DNA from: a virus
Taxonomy: Duplodnaviria > Caudoviricetes
Strand: one strand, 5' to 3'
Virus record (IMG/VR): IMGVR_UViG_3300021124_000003
Span: 8,783 to 72,782 of that record
DNA: 64,000 nucleotides
A program made the position numbers and the translations under genes. Under the pieces are notes generated by a model. It was not told the DNA's origin. It worked only from the letters and a program-made list of their open reading frames with translations, and ran no database searches. Shown here piece after piece: positions 46,468-55,076 of this stretch (position 1 is its first letter; each line of letters begins with the position of its first letter).

Positions 46468-47717
46468 GCGGCCCCCTGGAACATCGGCTCGTCGATCCCG
46501 AGTTCATACATGGCGTGCACCAGGACCGTGAGGTTGTAGCAGAGCATCTTGCACAGCACTTCGTTGACCTGGGCGACCGGGCACTTGCTGCGCACCGACC
46601 CGCCGAGCAGGCGCTTGATCGCGGAGAACGCCGTCTCGACGTTCGACCGTCGGTGGTAGTGCGCGAGGAACTCGTCGTGGCGGTAGAGGAACAAGCCCCA
46701 CAGGCGCCGCCAAGCGGCGGGACCGGCGGCCTTGCTATTCGACTTGAACGGGATGTATGGGATGGCGCCGACCGCTTCGATCGCCGTCAGGTTGGCGCGG
46801 CTCAGGTACGCCTTGTCGGCCGACACCTCGGCGAGCGCGAAGCGCTGGGCCGTACTCGACACGAGCGCGGGCAGCTCCGGGCAGTCGTTCGACGTGCTGT
46901 CCGTCACGCGGACCGCCGTAACGATGTTGGTAGTGACGCCCACGCAGGCGTGCGCCTTGACCCAGCCGTGCTCCTTCATCTCGCGCCCGTACTTGTGGTC
47001 GTACCAGCGGTGGTACGTGGCGGTGCCGAAGCCCGTGGAGTCAACGGCGAACGCCGTCTCGATGGCGGCCAACGGGGAGGCGCTCTCCTCGATGAGCGCG
47101 GTCAGGAGCGGCGTCATGTCGGCCCGCTCCATGTAGTTGAAGAGGCTGTTGTAGTGGGGCGCCCGCTCAATCTGCCCCCTGGCGGCACACTCGCGGATGT
47201 CCGTGGTAGCTCGGCGACCCGAGACGGTCGTGTAGACCTTCATCGCCATCCCGAATACGGCGTCCGACAACGCGATCGGCTTCGGGCCGCGTCCGGGGTG
47301 CGGCGGGTTCACGATGCCGTCGCAGAGGTTGCGCAAGAGCGCCTGCACGATGGCCTTCTCGTTACACTGCGCGGCGTTGTAGTTCGGCCAGTCCTGCACG
47401 TACGTCTTGCGCGTGACCTTCACGGACTGCGTGACCACGGTCGTCCCGTCGGGCGCCGTCTCGGTGGTCTGCGAGAACTCGACGGCCCACAGGTGCTTGC
47501 ACTTCGTCCGGCGCAGTTCGTGGTCCGGGCACGTGCACGTCGCGGCCAGCGTGTTGACGATGTAGCCGCCAGCGTTCGCTTGCGAGGGCACCGTCCAGGT
47601 CGACCCTGAGATGCGCTTGATCCGCCGGTCGTTGGCGAGCGCACGGCCGCGCTCCTGCCGCACCACGTGCCCCTCGGCCGTCACTTCCAAGGGAGCGGTC
47701 GTCTCTCCGTTGTTCAT
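46464..47717 (-). CDS. DDE transposase with N-terminal SWIM zinc finger
   Basis: CTCPD...CKHLWAV (SWIM); DWPNYN, AVDSTG, KAH, ADKAY, YHRRSNVETAF motifs. Confidence 0.93.
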   Translation of the reverse strand: MNNGETTAPLEVTAEGHVVRQERGRALANDRRIKRISGSTWTVPSQANAGGYIVNTLAATCTCPDHELRRTKCKHLWAVEFSQTTETAPDGTTVVTQSVKVTRKTYVQDWPNYNAAQCNEKAIVQALLRNLCDGIVNPPHPGRGPKPIALSDAVFGMAMKVYTTVSGRRATTDIRECAARGQIERAPHYNSLFNYMERADMTPLLTALIEESASPLAAIETAFAVDSTGFGTATYHRWYDHKYGREMKEHGWVKAHACVGVTTNIVTAVRVTDSTSNDCPELPALVSSTAQRFALAEVSADKAYLSRANLTAIEAVGAIPYIPFKSNSKAAGPAAWRRLWGLFLYRHDEFLAHYHRRSNVETAFSAIKRLLGGSVRSKCPVAQVNEVLCKMLCYNLTVLVHAMYELGIDEPMFQGAA

Positions 47718-47724
47718 GATGAGT

Positions 47725-47815
47725 ATATTACTACTAGGTATACCCTTCGTCAAGGTCCGGGCGCGGATATACTCTCGCTAACTGACTTGACAGGACATCT
47801 GAACAGTCATACCGT
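47725..47815. promoter_or_regulatory. Divergent sigma70-like promoters, both apparently giving leaderless mRNAs
   Basis: Minus: TTGACG-17-TAATAT ending 7 nt before transposase ATG; plus: TTGACA-17-TACCGT ending 8 nt before ATG at 47824. Confidence 0.65.
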
Positions 47816-47823
47816 AGTGGACC

Positions 47824-48015
47824 ATGGGGATGGTTAAGCTAGACGGATACGAGTGCGAGAGGTGCGGGCACACGTGGCTCCCGCGAGACCACGCGGCTGC
47901 CGAGCAGGAGACGCCGACGGTCTGTCCGAAGTGCAAGAGCCCGTACTGGAACAAGCCGAGACAGCAGGTCCCGGTGCCCGTAGCGAAGCGGAAGAAGAGG
48001 GTGGCGGCTAGATGA
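47824..48015 (+). CDS. Small zinc-ribbon protein
   Basis: CERCGHTWLPR...CPKCKSPYWNKPR. Confidence 0.8.
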   Translation: MGMVKLDGYECERCGHTWLPRDHAAAEQETPTVCPKCKSPYWNKPRQQVPVPVAKRKKRVAAR

Positions 48016-48099
48016 GCAACAGAACAGCAGGCTTCTTGTGGGGGAGTCCTGTGGAGAACGTTGTTGGTTCAGGTGTGGGGATGATGGGGAGAGATCGAC

Positions 48100-49275
48100 A
48101 TGGGAACCGCTGAGAAAACGTGCGAGGCGCTCTCGCCACCTGGTCAGCTCCACCTGATCGTCAACGAGCCGGTGACGCCCAACGCCGACACATGGGTCGT
48201 TGACGAGCGCGTTGACGTCAGCCGTGGTCGCGGTCTCACAGCGATTGGCAGGGGGCTCGCAGGCGCGACGACTCTCGTCACGGACAGGGCCATCGTCGCG
48301 CGCGGCGACTCACTCCAACTACTCAAGTTGGTCCCAAGCGCCTCGGTGTCGCTGATCCTGACCGACCCCCCGTACCACTCCACGAAGAAGGCCAACATTT
48401 ACGGGGACAAGTCATTCGCAGAAGACCGCGAGTACATCTCGTGGATGCGCGGATTCGGTGCAGAGTGGCAGCGTATTCTCAAGCCCAACGGCGCCCTGTA
48501 CGTCTTCTGCGCCACTGCTATGTCAGCTCAACTTGAGGTAATGCTGAGCGAGTTCCTCAAGCCGCTGAACCACATCACGTGGACGAAGCCGAACGAGCCC
48601 GGGTTCGACGGCTGGAAGGGAAAGATGTCGAAGGAGTCGCTTCGACGCTGGTACCCGCATTCTGAGCGTGTGCTCTTCCTGGAGCAAGCGACAGGGGGCG
48701 ATGGGCGAAGGTCGACGCTCGGGCAGTTCCTCCGCGAGAGACGCCTCGTCTCCAAGCTGTCTGGTCACCGCGTAACAGAGTTGACCGGCGAGTACGGCGC
48801 CGTGAATCACGGCGGCGCGATCTCGAATTGGGAGACTGGTCGCAACATCCCAAGCCGCGAGCAATATCGAAAGTTCGCTGAGGTCTTGGAGGCCACGGGG
48901 AAGGTAAAGACCATGCCTGCCTACGAGGACGTCGTGCGGCCGTTCAACATGTCGGGCGACCTTGAGTACACGGATGTATGGACGTTCCCGTCGGTGCGTC
49001 CGTACGAGGGCAAGCACCCGGCAGAGAAGCCGATCGATATGCTCTGTCACGCGATTGAAGCGTCGACTTATCCAGGTGACATTGTACTCGACTGCTTCGC
49101 CGGTTCTGGCGCGACGGCCGTCGCTGCGCTGGCATCTAACCGGCGGACCGTCGCCATCGAGATCGAGGAGGTGTGGGCTCGTAGAGTGACTGAGCGCGTG
49201 TCCTCTTCCGAGGACGCCGCGCCGGAGAAGAGGTCACGGCGTAAGCCAGCGCGGACTCAGGGGCGCCTGTTCTAA
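48100..49275 (+). CDS. N4/N6 DNA methyltransferase (beta order) with embedded XRE HTH
   Basis: TDPPY motif IV, HPAEKP, DCFAGSG motif I; HTH 'LRERR...ISNWETGRNIPS' in between. Confidence 0.9.
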   Translation: MGTAEKTCEALSPPGQLHLIVNEPVTPNADTWVVDERVDVSRGRGLTAIGRGLAGATTLVTDRAIVARGDSLQLLKLVPSASVSLILTDPPYHSTKKANIYGDKSFAEDREYISWMRGFGAEWQRILKPNGALYVFCATAMSAQLEVMLSEFLKPLNHITWTKPNEPGFDGWKGKMSKESLRRWYPHSERVLFLEQATGGDGRRSTLGQFLRERRLVSKLSGHRVTELTGEYGAVNHGGAISNWETGRNIPSREQYRKFAEVLEATGKVKTMPAYEDVVRPFNMSGDLEYTDVWTFPSVRPYEGKHPAEKPIDMLCHAIEASTYPGDIVLDCFAGSGATAVAALASNRRTVAIEIEEVWARRVTERVSSSEDAAPEKRSRRKPARTQGRLF

Positions 49276-50237
49276 TCGACGATCTTGTTGCGTCTGAGGA
49301 CTTTGTGCATCCACTCAAGCGTCTCAGTGATCCCGGAGTCTTTGACCACCACGTTGCAGTGGTGGTGCCCCCACCCGAGGTTGTGCGGCTTGTGGTTCGA
49401 CTTGCCCACCCGAAGCTCCTGCAAGTGGAACAGGCTGGCCTCCGTAACGGCTTGGTCAAGAGTCGCGCGTCCAGCCGCCTGCGTGATCCGCGTGAGAAGC
49501 GCCGTGGCGGACATCTCTTCGAGGCAGAGCGGGCACGTCGTCACCCCCTGCGCATCCACCACGCGGAGGTCGGCCAGTCGCGCGAGATCCAAGAGCTTGC
49601 CGATACGTGCCGCGTCGAGGACAGCGTCGCGGCGAAGTTTCGCGTCACGAGCCGTCATCCCAGACGCCACGGCCGTGTCTATCGCGTTCTTGCACAGCCA
49701 GAACAGGGCCTCCAACTGCGTGCGGCAAGCGTTGACGTTCGCGGTCGAAGCGTACTCGTACACGCGGATCCCAGCGCCCTTCGAGCTAGTCGTCGTGAAG
49801 CCCGCGAGCACCTTCTCACGCCCTTCCGCCGTAGTGCCGGAGATCCGCGCGATGTAGGACCCGCCAAGCGGAGGGCGCCGCCTCGTGGCGACCTCCCACC
49901 CTCGCAGAGTCGGGTCGTTTGCCTCCCATTGGTCGCGCGTCTCGTAGAAGACCAGCGCATTCTGACCGAGCGTAAGCCCTCGCTGCGCAAGTTCATTGTC
50001 AGGGTTGACGGTGCCGAAGTACCACGCGGGCTCTACGAGGACGATGTACCCGTTTTCGTACGCGGCCGATCCGTCGTCTGGGATGGTGCAGCCCTCCCAC
50101 TGCCCGAGTGGAATCAGCACCGTACTGTAGCGAGCCACCCGATTCTGGAACACCTCATCGTCGTCGGCACCGCGCGTCTGTCCCGTCTTGTAAATTTTGG
50201 TTTTGAGGAGTTTGGGAAGGTTCGGAAGTCTGGCCAC
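49272..50237 (-). CDS. Type II restriction endonuclease (HNH-type, BstXI-family-like)
   Basis: Convergent with MTase; CPLC...H..ELR...H...NL.WGHHHCN beta-beta-alpha motif; KIYKTGQTRGADDD N-terminus recalled for BstXI-like enzymes (not searched). Confidence 0.7.
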   Translation of the reverse strand: MARLPNLPKLLKTKIYKTGQTRGADDDEVFQNRVARYSTVLIPLGQWEGCTIPDDGSAAYENGYIVLVEPAWYFGTVNPDNELAQRGLTLGQNALVFYETRDQWEANDPTLRGWEVATRRRPPLGGSYIARISGTTAEGREKVLAGFTTTSSKGAGIRVYEYASTANVNACRTQLEALFWLCKNAIDTAVASGMTARDAKLRRDAVLDAARIGKLLDLARLADLRVVDAQGVTTCPLCLEEMSATALLTRITQAAGRATLDQAVTEASLFHLQELRVGKSNHKPHNLGWGHHHCNVVVKDSGITETLEWMHKVLRRNKIVD

Positions 50238-50460
50238 GCCGCGAAGCGTGCCGATGTGGGATACGGTAGGCCAAGTTCATTGGTCTACGCACCGCGCAAT
50301 TATTGGGCAGCGAGGCGAATTGCTGGGCAGGCGGGAATCATTGGGCAAAGCCTAGCGGGGTCACATTCATACTTCTCTGGTGTGCCGCCGCACGCTTTCA
50401 CGCGGCTTGAGTGGTGGGCGCGTGAGTTCCGCAGTATTCTCGGCGAAAAGGAGTAGGTGC

Positions 50461-50625
50461 ATGGGGTTCCACGAGAAGAAGCTACGCGAAGTCATCGAGA
50501 TCACGGTCGAGGGGAAGGAGGCGGTCGACTCACTCAAGGGAGAAAACGTGCGTGAGGTCATCGCGAAGGCAGCGCTGGAGCATATCAAGCAACTTGTAGC
50601 GCCTCGCGATCAGTTCGACCGATGA
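50461..50625 (+). CDS. 54-aa hypothetical protein
   Basis: AGGT RBS; ATGA coupling to next gene. Confidence 0.55.
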   Translation: MGFHEKKLREVIEITVEGKEAVDSLKGENVREVIAKAALEHIKQLVAPRDQFDR

Positions 50626-50924
50626 GCCACGGGCCATGTGCTGCGCACAGATGGTCGCCATGCCCTGGCTTTGGGGTCAAGGACACGTACCGATGCACCC
50701 GCTGCAAAGCTTTCGGTCGATCCGTAGCGGGCAGGGTGCGTGTATTCACATGCACCCACGAAAGCGGGTGCAAGGCCGATGCGAATGGGCGCGTAGGCAA
50801 TCAGGTGCTTTGTTGGAAACACATGGAAGGGGGAAGGTGCGTGACATGGCTGTACGGGCTGAAACTGATGCAGAGCGAGCGGTGGTTGACGCGCGGATTC
50901 TTGCCGTCGTTAAGAGTGGCGTAA
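50622..50924 (+). CDS. Cys/His-rich hypothetical protein
   Basis: Multiple CxxC/CxH motifs. Confidence 0.55.
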   Translation: MSHGPCAAHRWSPCPGFGVKDTYRCTRCKAFGRSVAGRVRVFTCTHESGCKADANGRVGNQVLCWKHMEGGRCVTWLYGLKLMQSERWLTRGFLPSLRVA

Positions 50925-51067
50925 CCCGCAGTGAAACGATCCGAGAAACCGCGCAGATGTACGAAGCGGAGGTCGAGCGAGCGCTTCGTCGTATGCGAAT
51001 CGCGAAGAAGATCATGTTCACTCCCGGCGTTGGCTGGGAGGTTTTTTCCCGAAGGAGGCTAGCGTGA
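50846..51067 (+). CDS. Small winged-helix-like protein
   Basis: 'ILAVVKSGVTRSETIRE...VERALRRMR...I...PG.GW'. Confidence 0.5.
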   Translation: MAVRAETDAERAVVDARILAVVKSGVTRSETIRETAQMYEAEVERALRRMRIAKKIMFTPGVGWEVFSRRRLA

Positions 51068-51297
51068 ACTCTGAGAAAAGAGTCCCTAAGTACACCCCAC
51101 CGTCTACGCCAGAGCGGCGGTCTGAGCACGCCCCCCAAAACACTAGCGACACTGTGAAGATTACGCCGACGGGTGAACCGACGGCGGTCCGCACTGTCAT
51201 GGAGCGCGAGCTTCGCGAGGCCATGGGCGGCAGCGACGACAACGCGGCGACGTGGGGCCAGATGCTTGGCGTCGTGCGCGCGCTGGAGGTGGCGTGA
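51064..51297 (+). CDS. Hypothetical protein
   Basis: GGAGG RBS, coupled. Confidence 0.55.
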   Translation: MNSEKRVPKYTPPSTPERRSEHAPQNTSDTVKITPTGEPTAVRTVMERELREAMGGSDDNAATWGQMLGVVRALEVA

Positions 51298-51533
51298 TGG
51301 TCGCCGAGGTGCCGACCGAGTACGTGGAGGGCGAGTGGCGCTGGCCCACCGACGACTCCAACCCGGCTGCGGTGGTGACGTACTCGGAGGAGCCTTCTCC
51401 CGAGACCGGGCACGTTGGCTGGATGTGGTGGGCGCTCGGCGCGATGGGTGACGCGCCCACGTACGAGGCGGCGTGCACCGCTGCCGTCGCCGAGATTCAG
51501 CGACGCATGGACGACCGGATGGCAATCCTATGA
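51297..51533 (+). CDS. Hypothetical protein
   Basis: TGATG coupling. Confidence 0.55.
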   Translation: MVAEVPTEYVEGEWRWPTDDSNPAAVVTYSEEPSPETGHVGWMWWALGAMGDAPTYEAACTAAVAEIQRRMDDRMAIL

Positions 51534-52390
51534 ATGACGATGATCTGCGGCTTGCCCCGGCCGGTGCGTCCTACGCCGCGTGCGCGGTCTGCCTGCGTAT
51601 GACGTTCAATCGCATCGCAATTGGAGACGGGCATGTACCGTTGTGCTCCGGTTTCTGCCTACAGGCGTGGCCAGGCGCGCGCGCCATGGAAGCGAAGCAG
51701 CCAATCGACGAATGGGCCGGCAACGCGCTCAGGCAGGCCGTCATCAACACAAGCCTCGGAGCTTTCTGTTTCCCGCCCGGCCGGTGTCCGACCCGATGTG
51801 ACCACGACTCGCAGTGCACGCTGCCCCCTGGCCACGGAGACCGTCACGAGACTGAGCACGGGTGTATCTGCTACGACCCGCGCGACAAGGCGCTGAACGA
51901 CGCTCTTTCGGGCGAAGCCGACGCGGTTCGTCGCGCGGAGTCTGCTGAGCTTGGCTGCGAAATCGCCTACAAGCGCGAGCCGACGCAGGCCGAGGGAGAT
52001 GCGCACGAGTACCGGCACGATCAGAGCATGGGGGCGTCGGAATGTATCCGTGAGTGCCATGTGCCGATGGGCAATCACCACGGCCACCGCTGTCCGTGTG
52101 GCCGTTGGGTGTGGGGCGGGCCGACTGTCTGTCAGCGGTGCGTGGACGCCGAGGCGGTCAAAGCCGCTCTCCTGCGCGCCGACGCGGACGCCAAAGCCGA
52201 AGCCGCATGGGAAGGGCTCTACAACGAGCGGAACCGGCTTTGGCGGGAAGAGGCGGATCGCGTTGGCGCGGTGACGCTGTTGCTCGAACAAAACGGGTGT
52301 GACTGTGACTGCGATCACGACGCCGAGAGTCACGATTCCGACTGTGAGCGGTGCCTGGCCTGCCGCATTTCCTGGGCGATAGAAACATGA
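51530..52390 (+). CDS. Mosaic Cys/His-rich protein
   Basis: Several zinc-finger-like clusters; ATGA coupling. Confidence 0.55.
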   Translation: MNDDDLRLAPAGASYAACAVCLRMTFNRIAIGDGHVPLCSGFCLQAWPGARAMEAKQPIDEWAGNALRQAVINTSLGAFCFPPGRCPTRCDHDSQCTLPPGHGDRHETEHGCICYDPRDKALNDALSGEADAVRRAESAELGCEIAYKREPTQAEGDAHEYRHDQSMGASECIRECHVPMGNHHGHRCPCGRWVWGGPTVCQRCVDAEAVKAALLRADADAKAEAAWEGLYNERNRLWREEADRVGAVTLLLEQNGCDCDCDHDAESHDSDCERCLACRISWAIET

Positions 52391-52611
52391 GTTCGTGCGC
52401 CGCAACAAATGCGAACGCGGCGGACGGGCGGACCGCGGAAGTTACGCGCGTCGCCACCGATGGCGCAGCGAACGCATGCAGCATGCTCTACGGCGCTTGA
52501 TGGCGGGCCGCTCGCGCGATGGGATATCGCCGCTGCATCACCTACACGCTCGCCGAAGAGCGTGGCGATAGCGTGCGCGCCAGCAATGGTGCGCCGGCCG
52601 CAATCGTGTAA
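52387..52611 (+). pseudogene. Remnant of XF1762-family phage protein with internal TGA
   Basis: AEVTRVATDGAANACSMLYGA*WRAARAMGYRRCITYTL..E.G.S.RA matches the family motif as recalled; TGA at 52498-52500. Confidence 0.6.
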
Positions 52612-52631
52612 GGGTGGAAGCAACCGAAAGG

Positions 52632-52919
52632 ATGGAAGCCATGAACACACTAGCGTTCATCTTGATCGCGCTCGCCGTGCAGTCATGGGACCGAGACCGG
52701 CGCGAGCCCGTGTTCGACGTCGCGCCATACGTGAACGTGATCTGTCCTTTGATCAGCCCGGTGGAGATCAATTGGGGGCAGCACGTCGACTACATGCCGG
52801 ACGGCAAGAAACAGACATGCACGGCCGTACGGGTTACGTGCAACTACGGGGGCGACGGGCCACCAGTTGTACTCAGCTTCGCACCCGCGCGTGACTGTTC
52901 GTTCTTGGAGGACCTATGA
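52632..52919 (+). CDS. Secreted/membrane hypothetical protein
   Basis: N-terminal hydrophobic segment. Confidence 0.55.
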   Translation: MEAMNTLAFILIALAVQSWDRDRREPVFDVAPYVNVICPLISPVEINWGQHVDYMPDGKKQTCTAVRVTCNYGGDGPPVVLSFAPARDCSFLEDL

Positions 52920-53248
52920 AGACCACCATGACTAAGAAGGAGTGGATACCTATCGCGCTCGCGTGCATGGTTCCACTATTCCTCGCGTTTGAGCAAGGGC
53001 GCGCCTTTGGCGTGCGTGAGACCGAGCGCGAATATCAAGCGATTGTCGCGGCCCACAGCGATCAATCGGACCCGCGCCCAACTCCCGTCAACTGGAAGAA
53101 CGACGGAGAGTGGACGGATCTAGAGGCACCCTGCGGCAATAATAGCTGGTACTGCTTGGAGCGAATATGCCGGTTTCACCATGGCGGCCCGTGGGACCCG
53201 GACTGGTGCGATCGCCAAGTCGTACGTGGAATAACAGTCTCATGGTAA
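52916..53248 (+). CDS. Single-TM hypothetical protein
   Basis: GGAGG RBS; WIPIALACMVPLFLAF. Confidence 0.6.
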   Translation: MKTTMTKKEWIPIALACMVPLFLAFEQGRAFGVRETEREYQAIVAAHSDQSDPRPTPVNWKNDGEWTDLEAPCGNNSWYCLERICRFHHGGPWDPDWCDRQVVRGITVSW

Positions 53249-53457
53249 GGCGACTAACGATCGTCATCGAGTCGGGCGAGACGACGTGCGAGATTGTACC
53301 TGGGGTGTGGTGCGAGCACGTAGGCGCGGTGATGATGGGGACCATACCCGTGTGCCTACTGTTCCCGTCGAATGGTGGTTCTCACACGATTCTCAAGGAA
53401 GACAAGTCTGGTTGGATTCAGAGGTGCGATGCGTGCTTGATAGCCGGAGGGGAGTAG
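53242..53457 (+). CDS. Cys-rich hypothetical protein
   Basis: Coupled ORF MVRRLTIV...RCDAC. Confidence 0.5.
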   Translation: MVRRLTIVIESGETTCEIVPGVWCEHVGAVMMGTIPVCLLFPSNGGSHTILKEDKSGWIQRCDACLIAGGE

Positions 53458-53558
53458 GACTGTGACGAGCATTCTTGACGTCTTCCTTGTGACCGCGGTC
53501 GGGGTTCTGATCGCGTTCGTGCTGGAATGGTGCTTGCCTAGAGGCCGGCGTAGCTGAG

Positions 53559-53882
53559 ATGGAGAAAGCAATGAAAGACGAGAACACAAAGCCTAAACAC
53601 CAGCAGGCCGAGCTGAGCAAGCTATGGCCAGGCGATCCAAACCCAACCCACTCTGGAGATACCGCCGGTAGTGGTGCAATGTTCTGGGCAAGGGAAGCTA
53701 CGCCGCGAGCCGAGATGTCTCACCAGGCATTCTGGGACAAGAGCTTCTTCGAGATGCTTCGTATCGTGTCTAGTCGGGTAGAGAGCGAGAACTACACGGG
53801 TCTGAGCTTGGTGGAGTCTGCCGCGAGGCTTGCAGACCAAGCCTGTGTGCTTCGGGACGAGGCGCGAGATGGCAAGCGCTAG
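53559..53882 (+). CDS. Hypothetical protein
   Basis: ORF with phage-like composition. Confidence 0.6.
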   Translation: MEKAMKDENTKPKHQQAELSKLWPGDPNPTHSGDTAGSGAMFWAREATPRAEMSHQAFWDKSFFEMLRIVSSRVESENYTGLSLVESAARLADQACVLRDEARDGKR

Positions 53883-54078
53883 AACCGCGCGAGATGCCGA
53901 GAGAGCAGCAGCTCGGGCAAGTACCAAAGTTAAGATCCTTACCCCGGAGGTGCTGGAGCGATGCCGTAGAAGGCACGCAGAGGGAGTGACGATCGCCGCG
54001 ATGGCAGCGGCTCTAGGTGTGTCAAAGGGGCAACTGTCGCTGCGGATGCGAGACATGGAGAAAGACGGAGACCTGTGA
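53869..54078 (+). CDS. HTH DNA-binding protein
   Basis: 'GVTIAAMAAALGVSKGQLS'. Confidence 0.7.
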   Translation: MASARTARDAERAAARASTKVKILTPEVLERCRRRHAEGVTIAAMAAALGVSKGQLSLRMRDMEKDGDL

Positions 54079-54371
54079 CTTTCGCGGACAGGGAGAAAGC
54101 CGCCGCGTCCTTTGGAATGATCCGAGGTCGCTGCGGCGAGCCGTTCGCGCAGAAGGTGTCCGACGCGACTGCGGGAAAGCCGGACGGAGCGATAGTAGTC
54201 GACGCGATCTGTACGGCTTTGCTGATGTTGGAAAGTGGTGCTGAGAGCAGCCCGTACGGTTGGATGAGTTGGCGCCCTACAGCAGCCCAGTACAGGTGGG
54301 CAGCCTACTGCGTGGTCAAAACTGCGTACCCAGACGTACCGTTCCTGATAACAACCATGGAGACAGCATGA
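54075..54371 (+). CDS. Hypothetical protein
   Basis: Coupled on both sides. Confidence 0.6.
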   Translation: MTFADREKAAASFGMIRGRCGEPFAQKVSDATAGKPDGAIVVDAICTALLMLESGAESSPYGWMSWRPTAAQYRWAAYCVVKTAYPDVPFLITTMETA

Positions 54372-54775
54372 CGGACAAGACATTCGGTAGCGTAGTGGAC
54401 CACGGTGGGGCACGAGAGACTGCGACCCCTGGTGGTGGAGAGCGTGAGTCGGCGGCAGGGAGGGGACGCTTCGACTTGGTACCACCCTACCCGATACTTC
54501 GCCTAGCCCAGCACTACGAGCTAGGAGCCATGAAGTACCAGGATCGCAACTGGCAGAAAGGGCTTAAGCTATCCCGGCTGCTGGACTCGGCTGAACGACA
54601 CCTGAACACGTTCAAAGACGGGGATAGGTCTGAAGACCACCTCGCAGCAGTTCTGTGGAACATCGCTGGGTACATGCACACAGAACGGGAGATCCGTGAA
54701 GGACGGCTGCCAGCAGTTCTGAGAGACGTGCCTTGGGAAGACTCGATAGCCGTGAAACCGAAGCCTGCGAAGTAG
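54368..54775 (+). CDS. dATP/dGTP diphosphohydrolase domain protein (DUF5664)
   Basis: GRFDLVP...LAQHYELGAMKYQDRNWQKG...SAERH...GD..EDHLAAVLWN. Confidence 0.85.
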   Translation: MTDKTFGSVVDHGGARETATPGGGERESAAGRGRFDLVPPYPILRLAQHYELGAMKYQDRNWQKGLKLSRLLDSAERHLNTFKDGDRSEDHLAAVLWNIAGYMHTEREIREGRLPAVLRDVPWEDSIAVKPKPAK

Positions 54776-54793
54776 GAAATCGGGGAGCCTCGT

Positions 54794-54864
54794 ACCTTTC
54801 CCTACACAGGTGCCGAAACTGCGAAATCAGGAAACTGCGCACCTTTCCCTACACAGGTGCCGAA
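54794..54864. repeat. 24-bp direct repeat x2
   Basis: ACCTTTCCCTACACAGGTGCCGAA at 54794-54817 and 54841-54864, followed by GAAATTGAAATTGAAAAATT. Confidence 0.9.
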
Positions 54865-55076
54865 TCCGAAATTGAAATTGAAAAATTAGTAGGTTTTGAC
54901 TACCCTCCCGAATCAGCACACCCGCACCTACACTTGCTCACCCCCTGCCATATCGGCCACTCGCCCACACGCTTGCCTACATGAACAAGCGATCAGCCTG
55001 GCATGAACAGATGTTCAGTGTAGGCAAAGGTCGCAGGCCAGCCCTGATCGCTTGTTCAGTGCAAGCGGTCCTACTT

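Larger units (their letters stand above)
46127..50352. mobile_element. IS5-family (IS903-group-like) cargo-carrying transposon, 4,226 bp
   Basis: TIRs GGCTTTGCCCAATGATTC(T/C)CGC (22 bp, 1 mismatch) at 46127-46148 and 50331-50352; 9-bp TSD TAGCGGGGT at 46118-46126 and 50353-50361; IS903 ends also begin GGCTTTG and give 9-bp TSDs. Confidence 0.93.
46012..50456 (+). pseudogene. 69-aa phage gene interrupted by the transposon
   Basis: Removing 46127-50361 rejoins MSKRTQ...GQHVAG to SHSYFSG...ILGEKE in frame. Confidence 0.8.

Noticed and set aside
46371-47609. Long plus-strand ORFs antisense to the transposase, REase, sheath and capsid (e.g. 46371-47609, 49305-50456, 21862-22938, 33695-34366)
   Set aside because: Shadow ORFs typical of GC-rich coding DNA, with no recognisable motifs.
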